Source of the DNA: Torpedo marmorata
Taxonomy: Eukaryota
DNA: 64,000 nucleotides
Direction of reading: 5' to 3'
Assembly: GCA_977017645.1 (NCBI GenBank)
Contig: OZ360247.1
Coordinates: 16,864,001 to 16,928,000 of the forward strand
Below are positions 49,036 through 62,500 of the stretch, piece by piece (positions within the stretch are counted from its first letter, which is position 1; each line of letters opens with the position of its first letter). Under the pieces are notes generated by a model, which worked only from the letters and a program-made list of their open reading frames with translations, was not told the DNA's origin and ran no database searches. The position numbers and the translations under genes are program-made.

Positions 49036-49119
49036 GCTGTTGGGGGCTTGTGACCCGGTGATAACTGATCTCATGCACTGAAGCATCGATGGCTGATGAA
49101 CCTTTCTTCCATTTCCTAG

Positions 49120-49183
49120 TTTACTGCTCCGAGTGTGCGGGAAGCCAAGGACTGGGTGGATCACATCTCCTTTGTGCTGAAAG
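49120..49183 (+). CDS. SKAP1: SKAP-family adaptor, PH C-terminal helix exon
   Basis: atttcctag acceptor, AAG|gtaaa donor; 64 bp, phase 0-1; FTAPSVREAKDWVDHISFVLK(D), similar to SKAP1 [22 protein letters not shown]. Confidence 0.93.
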
Positions 49184-52100
49184 GTAAACTCCCTCCTGTT
49201 ATGGTGGACATCTGTGGGGAGGGAGAGGCCGATGGATCGGTGCAGCTCTTGCCCGTGGTTAAGGGAGTCTCGGCACCAGATCTGGGAGCCAGCTGTGTGC
49301 ACACAGGAACAGCAAAGTAACTCCTTTCCAACCATCTGGAGTGCATGAGAGAAACACTGAGAGCGCAACTAGATCTAACCTTCTTCAATACCTTTCCATG
49401 CTCACACAAGAATGGAAGAAAATAGGTGCCGGATAGGCCACAGCCCCTTGTGCCTGCCCCACCATCTAACATGATCATGGCTGCTGCCCCACAAGTCAAT
49501 TCCTTTTCTGTGCCGGTTCCTCATGACCTTAATCCCCCAATCTTTCAAAGACGTATCTATGGCCTCTTCTGATGATCCAGCCACCCCAACTCTCCAGGGT
49601 AGAGATTCACTATCCTCTGCAAGAAGGTGCTAATCAGCCAACATATAAAAAGACTCATCCCATCCCAGCCAGCACCCCTCCACCCACCCCCATCAGGCAA
49701 GAGATCACGAGCCACCACATTCAAGGGCAGATTTGTTCCCGCTGTTATCAAACTCCTGAATAAACCTCACTCTCATAAAAAGTTCCTGCCTTTGCTTTGC
49801 ACCAACTGGCCTCTCTCTGTGACTGTGTCTTACTTGCTGCATTATGTATGAGATATCTAGTTGTTCTGCTCGCAAAGCAAACTTTCTCACTGCACCTTGG
49901 TGCAGGTGACAGCAAACTTGAACTTGAATGTTGGGGCTGAGGTGAAAAACAGATGGAATCGGAAGGTGAAGTGGATCCGATAGTTGGAATGTGTGCAGAG
50001 ACAGTTGCTCCCCGACCTGTCTCTCCACCTCTAACACCTTCATTTGTCCAGTGTCTCCCCCTCGCTTTTCAGCTCAATATCTCCCCTTCACACCAGAGTC
50101 TTGATAAAGGGTCCCGACCCAAAATGTTGACTGTCCCGTTCTCTCCGGGTGCCGTCTGACCTTCTGTCCCTCCAACCTCTTTGTTTTCAGCATCCGCGGT
50201 TTCTTCTGTTTTTTCTGTGGTCTTCAGAATGAGGCCATTCAGCCCAAAGAACCAGCCTCCCCCCACATCTTCATCTTGTCCTATCCGTCCCCTGTGAATG
50301 CATTTATATGACTCGCTCAGCCACTCTCAATTGGGGTGAGATAAATGTTTTATTATTATACTCGTATTGTACATTCTAAGCTCTGCTATCTACACGTATA
50401 ATAACTGTGCTGCAAAATGGCGCCACACTGCTCCCACAGGTGGGAGGATGAATTGTAGCCTGATGGGCGAATTACTCCAATCACGTGCCCGGAGAGGTTG
50501 GGATGGGGAAAGCTGTGAGGACGCTGCGTTCGTGTGCACCCCCTCCTCTGCCCTCTCCCACTTCTCACCCTTGGAGAAGAGCTGTCAATCTGGGCGATAT
50601 CCAGTGGCATGTGTAAAAGTGCTTGGAATTAAGGATGTGTTTGATGACCTGAACTCAGGGTAGATTTTAATAAATAGCAATATTTCCATCTGTCAGCACA
50701 ATTTAAGGAAGTTTTAAATCACTCTTATCTGCATTCTTTGGTTCCTTAAATAAATTGTAATTTGACTTACTTTTTAAATCACATTTACTTTCCAATTAAA
50801 TTTTAAATGAACACTGTCCATCTCTGCTGGAAAACCCTACTGAGGTGAATATTAGTCTGCGCTGAAAATTTCAGTTTCTAATTAAACATTGTTCCATTGA
50901 TTAGGGTAATAAAAGTTTGAAGTTTGCCAGTAATTAAAAACAATTTCTGCTGGAAGCACCTCGAACCACTGCACCTGAAATGTGTTTCCTTCCCCCATGT
51001 TTTCCACTGAAGCCACATAGCCTCGGCGATCTTGAGATGGCAAGTACAGATCACAGCCACCAGTCCTGTTCCCGACCCCCGCTATTGGCCATGGGGGCCG
51101 TGGGTACACTGGCAATTGGTCAAAAATAAGTCAGTCTCTGCTATAGCAACTGAGCCCAGTTGTGTTCCCCACCTTCAAGCTTGGAGGAGAATAAAGATTA
51201 CATGCTGAGATGAATGTGAATTTCTGTGCCAATAACCTTTGTGTTACAGCTTATCACCCTCCCCCTCCCCTCAGCTGGCTCACCTGTCTGTCATCCTTCG
51301 CCCCTCCTCAATGCACCGATCACCTCCAAGCCCCTGCCTCACCCCTCCCCCTCTCTTCTTTACACCAGCCATCTTCCCTCTCCCCTCTCAGTCTTGATGT
51401 AGGATCTTGATCCGAAACGTTGACAATTCCTTTCACCTCCCCATCCCCCCATAGATGTGGCTCGACCTGCTGAGTTCCTCCAATCAAAATCAATCTGCCG
51501 GAGGAACTCCGTGTGTCGAGCAGCGTCTGCGGGTGAAAGGAATTGTCAACCTTTTCTTGACCCCCCACCCCCCCGACTTCCTCCAGCAATCTGTTTGTTG
51601 CTCCATATTTTTGAAGCCTTCTCATTTCATTTTCAGGATGTTCAAGGTCCAGTTCAAAGTAAGTGAGGTTCCTCTGAAGCATTATAGCTGCTTCATGTGA
51701 GAACTGTGGCAGTCAGCTGATGAAGTGATGCTCATGACCACAAAATCCATTGTAGTAATGATGTGGAGAGCAAAATGCCGTCGCGGCAGTTAGTGCTGCT
51801 GCCTCACAGCTGCAAGTGATCGAGGTCGACCTTCATCTTCGGTGCTGCCTATGTGGAGTTTGCATGTTCACTCTGTGACTGCGTGGGTTCCCACTGGGTG
51901 CTCTGTTGGGTAGGTTAATTAGCCACAGTAAATTACCCCTGGTGTTGGTAAATGGCAAAATGGGCATGTGTGAGAGAGAAGGGTGGGGGGGGTGGCACTG
52001 ATGGGATTACTACCCTGGGTATCTTCAAGAGGCAAGTGTCTCTGGGCCAGAATATCAGAGGGTTCAAGTACAAGTTTATTGTCATCTGATTGTACATATA

Positions 52101-52361
52101 CAACCCGACGAACGAGCGTATCTCTGGACCATAGTGCATCATATAGACTCACAGTACACCCTACACACAAACGACATATGTACATCGTTCGTCGTTCAGG
52201 TGCCTTGCCGTTCGGCATGGGTGATCACGTCTCTCCATCCATCACGGTCTCTGACCCTCTGAATTGTAGTTGTTTATAACCATGATGTTAATCCATCTAT
52301 CATTTTCATTCTCTGTCTTGTCCGCCTCTGCTTCTTTTTCCTTCCATCTTTCCAGTTGTAA

Positions 52362-52938
52362 CTAAATCTGTCCTGGAGCCTCCACATTGATGCAATCACA
52401 AAGAAGGCTCGCCAGCGGCTATACTTTGTGAGGTGTCTGAGGAGATTCGGTATGTCACCGAAGACTCTCGTAAACTTCTACAGGTGTACCATGGAGAGCA
52501 TTCTGGCTGTTTGCATCACTGCCTGGTATGGAGGCGCCAACTCTCAGGACAAGAATAAACTCCAGAGGGTTGTTAAATCGGCCTGTGACATCACAGGCAA
52601 CAGACTTCACTCCAACGAGGACATCTACACGAGGCGGTGTCTTAAAAAAGCAGCCTCTATCCTCAAAGACCCCCACCACTCTGCTACCATCGGGAAAAAG
52701 GTACAGGAGCCTAAAGACGAGCACTCAATGGCACAAGGACAGCTTCTTCCCCGCTGCCATCAGATTCCTGAATAATCAATAAACCAAAGACACTGCCTTA
52801 CTTTTCATGCACTATTATTTATATATATTTTTTTGCAGTAATGTCGTAAGATGGTTATAATATGAATGTTTGCACTATGATGCTGCCGCAAAACACTGAA
52901 TTTCATGACTTGTTCATGACAATAAATTCTGATTCTGA
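52362..52938 (+). mobile_element. Rex1/Babar-type LINE 3' end
   Basis: KKARQRLYFVRCLRRFGMSPKTLVNFYRCTMESIL...LLPSGKRYRS; tail aataaattctgattctga. Confidence 0.88.
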
Positions 52939-53964
52939 TGTTCTATTGTATCTCTTCGTATGATATACATAGTGATCCAAAATAAATATATATAAAAATA
53001 AGTTACAGGTTTCTAAGATAGTTCAACAGTCTCACCACCTGCTGCAGGAAGAAGCTGTTTCCTCGCCTGGCAGTCGTAGATTTTATGCTCCTGTACCTCT
53101 TCCTTGAAGGTAGAGCCCCAAAGATACTGTGGGCTGGATGGTAAGGATCCTCAATGATTCTTTGAGCCCTCTTTAACTTTCTGCTCCTCCTCTGTGCTAT
53201 TTCTTACTTCCCTCAAAGATCGCAGACATACCTTCACTTAACAGTCCACCCAATGACCCAAAAAACCAGAGTTCTGCAGAACAGCATTCCCACCATTTGC
53301 TCTGCAGTTTGTGTGTACCTTCTGGGGCAGGATTTGAACCCATGAACTCTCGGACGTGGGAGCTCCATGCACTCAGCCTCAGGTGACAAACCTTATGTGT
53401 GTCTCCAAGCCACAGGACTCGCGTTCTATCAAAATGCGGGAAGATCGGGAGTGATTTAGCCGAGGTGTTTAAGATGATGGGAAATTTGGATGGTAAACGA
53501 GGAGAGTCTGCTTCTGACGGTTTATGGTCAGAGGAAGTGGATTGGATTGGGAGCAGAAGCAAGTGGAGTAGACTGTTACTCTGCCTGAAAGGATGGCGGA
53601 AGCAGATATCTGAGGGGAGAGAGCAGGAGAGTGAGAGTAATTATGCAGCTTGTTCAAAGATCCACAGTGTTGAGTTGAATGGGCTCCTCTTGCACTAAAT
53701 GGCGTTGCTGCCTTTCTGGGTTAGCACAGTCAGTGATTGTGACCTTCCGTCCTGGATCGTGGAACCGCCAAAGAGATGGTGCCAGCTGGATTCGGAACGA
53801 GAGCCCAGAGTGAGAATAAGTGTTCGCTGTCGTTGTGTAATGAGCACAGTGAACAGATGCACTGAAATTCTTGATGCAGCTGCATGGGTACACTAACAAG
53901 CAATAAATATAAGTTAAATTTACACTCAAGAGAAGAAAAAGATAATAAATATAAAAGGATAGAT

Positions 53965-54577
53965 AAGATTTCAGATTTATTGTCAGAGTACATCCATGAC
54001 ATCACATACAACCCTGAGATTCTTTTTCCTGAAGGCGAGGCAGAATTACCACTTATTGGTAGTGCAAAAAAACTACTCAAGAAGATACGTATATATGATT
54101 GAGTTTGTTGTTGAGGAGTCTGATGGTGGAGGGGTAGCAGCTGTTCCTGAAACTGGTGGTGCGAATCTTGTGGCACCTATACCTCCTTCCTGATGGTAGC
54201 AGCGAGAACAGAGCGTGTGCTGGGTGGTGTTGATCCTTGATGATTGCTGCTGCTTTCCGACGGCAGCGTTCCCTGTAGATGTTCTCGATGGTGGGGTGGG
54301 TTTTGCCTGTCATGTCCTGGGCTGTGTCCTCTACCTTTTGCAGGGCTTTATGCTCAGGGGTATTGGTATCCCCACACCAGACTGTGATTCAGCCGGTCAG
54401 TACACTTTCCACCACACATCTGTAGAAATTCGCCAGAGTTTCCGATGTCATACCAAATCTCCGCAAACTCCTGAGGAAGTAGAGGCGCTGACGTGCTTTC
54501 CTCACGACACCATTAGTGTCTTGCATCCAGGAAAGATCCTCTGGCTCCCAAGAACTTAAATTTGCTCACCCTCTCCA
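53965..54577 (-). mobile_element. Rex1/Babar-type LINE 3' end
   Basis: HPAHALFSLLPSGRRYRCHKIRTTSFRNSCYPSTIRLLN; tail aataaatctgaaatct. Confidence 0.88.
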
Positions 54578-56334
54578 CTCCAAAATTTGCACTTGCAGTT
54601 AGTGCAAAAAGAAGTGATGTTACAACAGTGCAGAGGGTCTTTGGGCTTGCAGTAGCATTGTGGTTCTGGTTGAGGTATTATGAGGAGGTTCAAGAGCCTG
54701 AAAGCTGTTGGTAAAATCTGTTCTTGAACATCGAGATCTCGAACTACAGTCTTCGGTCTGAAGGCAGCAGTGAGAAGAGAGCACGGCCGGGGTGATGGGG
54801 ATCCGTACGATGTCAGCTGCCTTCGGTAGCCTACCCACTCATTGCTCTCAAAGTCATCTGCAAAGTGACATTGCAAAGCTGGCATCTCCACTGCACCTTA
54901 TCAAGCAAGAACTTCTCAGGAGAATCATCAGATGGCCCTGACCAAGCCCGCCAGGAGTAGAGAGCGCGGGCCAATGGAGCCTCCCAAAAGGAGAAAGATG
55001 CGGAGAGGTTCAGGGAGAGAATTCCTGCGGTCAATAACACCGCTAGAGAAACTAAAAGCTGGGGAGCGCTGCAGGATTGGAGGAGCACAGGCTCCAATGG
55101 TGGTTAAGGTAGAAGCAAAGGCTGTGGGTAGTCATCCTGGAAAATCCTTGCCCACTAAACCAGGAGAAAGATTCGGCTTTTAACTCAAAACTCACAACCT
55201 CCCCTAGTAAAGCCCTGCCTGTGTGTGCCTTGGGATACAGTCTAAATCTCATCTCTCTAATCTGATCAGAGGCTCCGCCAGTTATTGACATCTCTGATTG
55301 AACAACCACGGTGATTATCATTGGTGTAGTTTTCGAACTGTGCCAGCCATTAACTGGTCAATATGACAATTGGCAGATAAAATAACCACCTGCGAGATGG
55401 AGATGAATGAAGAGTGAAGCACTTGCTCCTTCTGTCCAGAAATACTTTAATCCGACAGCATTTACAGATATTGATTTGTGGAATTAAATAAAGTGGAATC
55501 CATGTAAAGTCAAGAAAATAAACTCAGAGCTGACTCAAAAGTAGCAGACACGAGTTGATACAAATTAAATTTATGAGATGTTTTGTGTCAGTGTTGCTGA
55601 GAAAGGTATTGATTTTGTTGCTTGTGTTTTATTGCTGTGAAATCATATGGAGTGTTATTAGCTTCAGCCTGATGGTAAATATTGTTCAGGCTTCTCCGCA
55701 GCTGCTCTGACTTGCAGTGAGTGGCTGAGCAGAGCTGTGACGAGTTCCTTATGCTCCTTATTTGGCCAGTGAGAGGGAGCACAGAACACATTCCGAAAAG
55801 TTCAGGAGCATCCTGCTGCACTTCGAATGGAGGAGACTTCCCTACACAATGCCTTATCCCGCGAACTTCTCCCTTTCTCACCCCAAAGCTCAACCAGTCC
55901 AGAGCACTGCATTAATGCATGAACAGCAATTTTTTGAATTTTAGAGAACCCCCAACTCTGTCTGGTTCCCCTGTTTCCATCTCTTCTTTACCTCTACTGT
56001 TCTTCATTTTCCCTCCGAGTATAATGTAGAAAAAAAAATCTAAAAGGAAGAGAAAATAAATAATAAATATTCGCAGTCGTTAGTTCAAAATTGTTTTCTG
56101 TCAGTTGTACAGACGGATCTTTGGTGGTCTTGCAGTCTTGACATGGTTTGGCCGATATCAGGAAGTTCAAGGCCTGACAGTGTTAGAACGAAACTGCTCT
56201 TGAACCTAGAGGTGTTGGACTTTCTGTACCTTCTGCCTGAAGGTAGCAGCGAGAAGTGATCGTAACCAGGGTAATGGGGCAAGCACGGGGGAATATCGTT
56301 GTGCTTCATATGCGATGTGATGGATTCTCCACAG

Positions 56335-56553
56335 ATATGAATTCCAACTTCATTCCCCTGGAAGAGGAAGAGGAGGTGGAGGAGGAGGATGAGGATCAAG
56401 ACAATGGGCTGGTAATGTATAAAGAGGAAGCCCTGCAGGAGGAAACATACGATGATGTGGACACAGCTTCTGCAGATCAAAGACCCTCCATGAGTCACCC
56501 ACCTCCCAACGTGGACAGGAACCAGGATGACGAGATTTATGAAGAACTGCCAG
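56335..56553 (+). CDS. SKAP1: SKAP-family adaptor, acidic linker exon with tyrosine motifs
   Basis: ctccacag acceptor, CAG|gtagg donor; 219 bp, phase 1-1; (D)MNSNFIPLEEEEE...EETYDDVD...DDEIYEELP, in frame with the previous exon. Confidence 0.92.
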
Positions 56554-59365
56554 GTAGGTTGTGGGGAGACAACCTCAAGAAGCCAGCAGGCGCGTCTATC
56601 GGTGGGGTGGACATGCCCAGAGAACGAGAAGTACTTTGCACCCATGCGCATATCAAACATTTCCACGCCCAATCAGAACAAGGCTGGTGCTGCCCCAATC
56701 CGTTCAAAATTTGGGGCGGTAAGGAGAGCGTAACGGTTAGCGCAACGCTGTTACAGCGCCAGTGACACGGGTTAGAATCCGGCGCTGTCTGTAAAGAGTT
56801 TGTATGTTCTCCCCATGTCTGCGTGGGTTTCCTCCGGGTGCTCCGGTTTCCTCCCACCTTTCAAAACGTATGGGGGTTGTAGGTTATTTGGGTGGCATGG
56901 GCTCATGGGGTGGAAGGGTCTGTTACCATGCTGTAGGTCTAAAAAAAAATTCCCGTTCCCATTGTGCAGTTGAGGCTTCAAATCCAGTACAATGGAGGCA
57001 ATGTTCTCCTGGGCTCATGAACTGCTTCTGGTGAAGATACACCCATCATTTAGACCCAGCAACGATGAAGGAGTGGTGACATATTTCCAAGTCAGGATGG
57101 CGGACAACTTGGAGGGAACCTGCAGGCGGTGGTGTTTTGGTGTGGCAGAGATCACATGGCTAACACATCAAGCCGAGGCCAGGTAACCACTCACAAGCCA
57201 TGGTCAGGTGCCCCCGGCACCTGCTGGGCCAACTTCTGTCCCTCACTGTTGGACCAAATACAAATCAAGTTGGGAGAGATCATTGCATCCTGTCTGACTC
57301 TGGGCAAGATCCTCAGCCAACTCAACTTCACCTGGAGAATACGGGACTGGCGCTGCCCATCTAAGACCCCTCAGCCCTCCCAGGACTTATCACTGCCAGC
57401 TCTATGTCTGTGTATTTAAGTGAGGTGACTTGCTTCCAGAGTTTTCCACCTACTGGAAACAGGCAGGGGACTACAGATGCTTGAATCTGAAGCTAAATGC
57501 AATCTGCTGGAGGAACTCAGCGGGTCGAGCAGCATCAGGGGGAGCATCTCCCCCAGGTTCCTCGGCAGGACGTGGCTGCCTTGTGCTTATCCATCTTTCC
57601 CTCTCAGATCAGCTCCCTCTCTGATCTTGGGATGAGAAATCTTCTCGTGGAGACTGTTCTGCCAAAGGCTCGGGCAGTATTGAGCAGCAACTGGGATCTG
57701 ACAAGGAGTTTTGATGAGCTTGATGCCTCCTCTAAATAGGTAGTCCCTCTGTCAAGGTTTGTGTTTGAAGAATTGCCATTTGTGCTTTGGGACATACATT
57801 GCAAAAAAAAATTAATCCACTAACATCAAAACCATCATTTGTGGTGTAACTCCTCAAAACTCAGTCAGTGCAAGGGTTAAGGAATTGAAGAAGTTGTGGT
57901 TATTTATCTTATGAAGAGTTTTGCTGGGGATTTGTAAAGGATGTTTTGCATCTCAAATGAGGTCAATTAGCATGCATTTGCATATGCAGATGAGTTTCAG
58001 TTCGTAGTTGACGTGTGTGTCAATTGCATTTTATGAGCCTACCTTGACCATTTTAGATTTATCTAATTTTTTTGATTTGTTTGTTATGATTAATATTTTA
58101 TGGAGTTCTCCGCATTATTACAACTCCCAGCTGTACAATAATTGCAGGACAGGTTTGATGTAGGCAGTACGCATCATGAAAATGTGAGCCTAGGAGACCA
58201 AGGCTCCAAAACACTCCAGCAGAATTTCAATTACTCAAGACCTCACAAAACTTTCACAAGCAAGATTTGATTGCAAATATATTTAAACAGAGACTATGCA
58301 TCGTTCTCAGCTGCAGTAATGTTCCAGCTGACTCTCAGTTCTGTCGGATTTGGGAATTACAGTGAGAACATTTTTGCTCTCATTCCAACCCTTTCTTGCC
58401 TCTGTTCTAACTCTCTTCAGGCCCTGTTCCCCCATCTCCTGTGCTGTCTGAACTGATAGCCACCCCTGTCTCTGCTTCCGTTTTTAAGCATTCTAATTCC
58501 CTGGTCCACGTTATCTAATGCTGCAAGGGAGAAGAGTTGGATTTTATTGAAGGATGGACTAATCCCAAGGAGTGGTTCCTTGCGTTTTGAAATAAGGTAG
58601 AATAAAGCTCTGGTTTTCATCTCCAGGGGCTCTGGGTTGGCTTCTGGGAACCGTACGTGACAGGTATTGGACAGATTTTTCAAGAATGGTACTGAGGTTA
58701 AGAGCGTTAAAATAAATGAGGCAGGATTGTCCGGACTGACTTGTATTTCCTTTAAAATGCAGAAGAAAATGAGGAAAATCTGAAGAGTTTAAGATCTCCA
58801 AAGGATTTAACATGAGAGACACTTTCCATGGGGAAAAACAGACAAGAACCCTAGCATTAAACCATGTTCAGAGCTGATGTTAGAAAGCACTTCCTCACAC
58901 AAAGGAATCTTCAACTCTCTCACTGAGACTCGAGAACAACACAAACCTTCCAAGCCAGGATTCAGGGAGTTTTATTGGGGAAGAGTGTTGAGGGAACCAA
59001 TATGGGAGTCAAGATTGGCAAGTTCTGTCATCTGTTGCCAAGAACTGGCCCTCTTTAATAAGAACCTAAACATTCAATGGCATGACCAGACCACACCTCT
59101 CACACCCACAACTCCTACCATATGGAAAAATACAGCAGGTGAATGGAAATGCAGCATTTTCTCCAAGTCCCTCGACATCCAGACTTGGGCATAAATTGCT
59201 GGTCCTTCATCATTGCTGGGTCTAAGTCCTAGAGCTCCCTCCCCAACAGCAAGGTGGGCGCATCTTCACCAGAACAACTGCAGCAGTTCACTGCTACGTT
59301 CACAAGAGCAATTAGGGATGGCAGTGAAAGTTTGCTTTTGCCAATTATGACCAGATCCCAGAAAT

Positions 59366-59579
59366 GAGTAAAGACTGGCCTGACCAAGTTGGAGGGTGGA
59401 GGGTTTAGTGACTCCTGGTGAATGAGCAAAGGCTTCTGGTAAACAAGTAAAGACTGGCCTGACCAAGTTGGAGGGTGGCAGGTTTAGTGACTCCTGGTGA
59501 ATGAGTAAAGGCTTCTGGTAAATGGGTAAAGACTGGCCTGACCTGGTTGGAGGGTGGAGGGTTTAGTGACTCCTGGTGA
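59366..59579. repeat. 79-bp tandem repeat, about 2.7 copies
   Basis: gtaaagactggcctgacc... recurs at ~59368, ~59447 and ~59526. Confidence 0.9.
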
Positions 59580-62500
59580 CCCTGTGTCCGAGCTGTTGCT
59601 CCAGATGTTAGTCTTTATCTGCAGTCAGGAGACAAGAGGGAAGAGTTGCCTTCACTGTTCTCGTAAACAGTGCAGGGCATCTCCAGTGGATCCAGTCCCA
59701 TCTCCCCTTCGAATCGCCTCTCTAAACCCTGCTCATCCACTGGTTGCCGTTTGGAATGGCTGCGATTTTTTTTCCACTCATTTGGAATAATTTTGCTAAA
59801 AGTGCTTAATTGAATCGCCCGTGGGTTTCAGCTCTGTGCTTTATTACTTGCTGGAGTATGCAGTGGTGGAGAATGGTACAGGGCCTTTTATGCAATTTGG
59901 AAGGCAGTTTGTTGCAAAATAAATATAGATTTATGCCAACAAAAGGATTAAAGAAAGGTTTAAAGCCTTTACTCAGATCCGTATGCACAGTGTTCATCAT
60001 TATTAAGCCCTCTGGCTAGATTCTCAAATGCTGTACCCAGGCTGGATGCAGTCAGCTGGTAAATCAGATTTTGCTCTTGCCTGCTAATTCACTTCCATCA
60101 GGCGCTGCATTGTAAGAGCTTCTTTTCTCTCCGGATCGACAGTGGGGTGCACGTAAAGGTTCCACTGCTGCAAGCAGTTGAGGTGGAAGTTGAGCGGGAG
60201 ATTGTAAGCGTCTTCATAGGCCGTTTATGTGGTCTGCGAAGGCCAGCATTTCCAGCCCATCCAGAGGTGCCCTTGAGAGGGCGGTGGTGAGCCACTGTCG
60301 GGGATCGCTGCCATCTCTGCGCTGTTAGATCACAGGTGTTGACTCAGTGACAATGAAGGTGTTGGCCACAGGCTTCCAGGTCAGGGTGGTGTGCTACTTG
60401 GAGGAGAACCTTCCCCGATCCCCAAGGCAACTTTATTCAACCCTTGTGTTCTCTGAAACACTCTGAGGGTGGTGTGTCAACCATCTTATGCACAGTGAGA
60501 TCCCATCAACTCATCCATTTGAAATCATTCCAGTTGAGATCAAAATGCCAGGATCTTAACATGTCTGTTTTATTCATGAGTTGCTTTCATGCAGGACCAA
60601 CTCATAGTCTGCTGGAGGAACTCAGCGGGTCAAACAGCATCAGTGGGAGCAAAAGAATTGTTACGTTTTCAGGATAGAACCCTTCGTCAAGTCTTGATGA
60701 AGGATTTCCAGCCAAAAGCGTCGACCATTCTTTTGGCTGTTCGACCCACTGAGTTCCTCCAGCGGATTGTGCTGCAGTATCTGTTGTCACTCAGGCTTCA
60801 TTGCAGCTGTGTTGGAGGCTGATGACAAATCCTACTGGAGACAACAGAGAAGGAAAGAGGCAGGAATCTGGAAGCTTGGGGTTCTGCCCCCAAACCCATA
60901 CTTTGGCCTCACAGGTCATGCCAGCAAATATGTTGCAATAAAATATATGATAAAGCATCGAAAAAAGAAAATGAAAAGCAAAATACTGCAGAAGATGGAA
61001 ATCTGAAAAAGAGAAATGGTGGAAATGCTCAGTGTCCGTGGAGGGAGAAAACTAGATACTGATGAAAGGTCATTGACCTGAGATGTCAACTGTGTTTCCA
61101 GCATTCTTCTGTTTTTATACAAGAAATGCCAGTTTCACCTGGTAGTAATTTGTCAGAGGGGCTTAAAGTGAGAGCGTCGAGACCCTTTAGGTGGGAGCAG
61201 CTGGTTCACAGTGGTTGTAGGACTGTGGGCAGTACGATTAGCCTAGCGGTTAGCGCGATGCTATTACAGAGCCAGCGACCTGGGTTCGAATCCAGCGCTG
61301 TCTGTATGGAGTTTGTTCGTTTTTCCCCATGTCTGCATGGGTTTCCTCCGGGTGCTCCGGTTTCCTCCCACCCTTCAAAACGTACGGAGCTGTAGGTTAA
61401 TTTGGGTGTAATTCGACAGCACGGGTTTAAATGGCTGGAATTGGCTTCTACTCGATAAGATTCAAACCCCAAACTGCCTTCGTTCACCATTAATGTTCCT
61501 GGCATCACTCATTTCGCAATGGGATGTCTTTCCAAGGCCCCATTTGCTCTGACAAATGATGACGAGATCCCACAGATTACATTGATACAGAGTTATTTCC
61601 AGTTCTCGTCAGTATTTACACCCTGCCCCACCAACCAACATCAACAAAACGGAATAACAGGTCATTGCTGCTTGTGGGATCTTGCTGTGTGTAAATTAAC
61701 AACCATGTTTAACAATCAGCAGAAAATGTTTCACGGCGTCCCACTGGCCTGTCCTGAGCAGGTGACAGGTGTGAGGTCAATGGTTAGCCTGGTTTGTTCC
61801 CCCCGCCCCTCCCCCAATGTCTTTGGCCAGTCACCAACATTCCAAAAAGGGAGCATAGTATTTCTGAAGGTCCAGCTTTCTGTCCATGAGCAAGGACTGG
61901 CTTGGTTCAGAGTGACCTGTGCACCTTTGCCCAGCCTGCTGTCAGCTGCAGGATGAAACTTCAGTAGAAAGAGTCTTTTACCTTGACCCTCCCCTATTTT
62001 AGTTGCTCTGTTGTTGCTGCACATGCCTTTGGCAGTCTTAGCCTTGAGATCTGGGAGCTCTCTGTCTTAAACCCTTCACCCTCCCATTCTACAATGTTCT
62101 TTGAAACCTCACACTTTGGTCCTGGTTTAATACCAGTTCCTTAATTCTCCTTCGGACTGTTGTTTTGTTAAATGTACCACATGAATTCACTGAGAAACAC
62201 AAAGGCTGGAATCTCGAGCAAAAAACCGCTTGAGGAACTCAGCAGGTCAGACAGCATCGATGGGTAGAAATGGTCAGTCAACGTCTCTAGTCTGGGCCCT
62301 TTGGATGCTGTCTGACCTGCTGAGTTCCTCCTGCATTTCTTTGTACATGGATTCACTGAGTTGTTGTTGAATCGTACGCCCATCCTGGTGCCTGTGTCAC
62401 GAACACTGGACCTGAAAGGGCAAGTTGAAAGAAATAACTTTGCCCAGGAAGGAAAAGCAGAACTTGTGGCCTTCGTGGGCCTTCGTGGGCCCCATCACTT

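Noticed and set aside
60807-60880. Possible next SKAP exon (AVLEADDKSYWRQQRRKE)
   Set aside because: Weak polypyrimidine tract, no suitable GT donor and no recognisable similarity; the SH3 exons were not found in the window.
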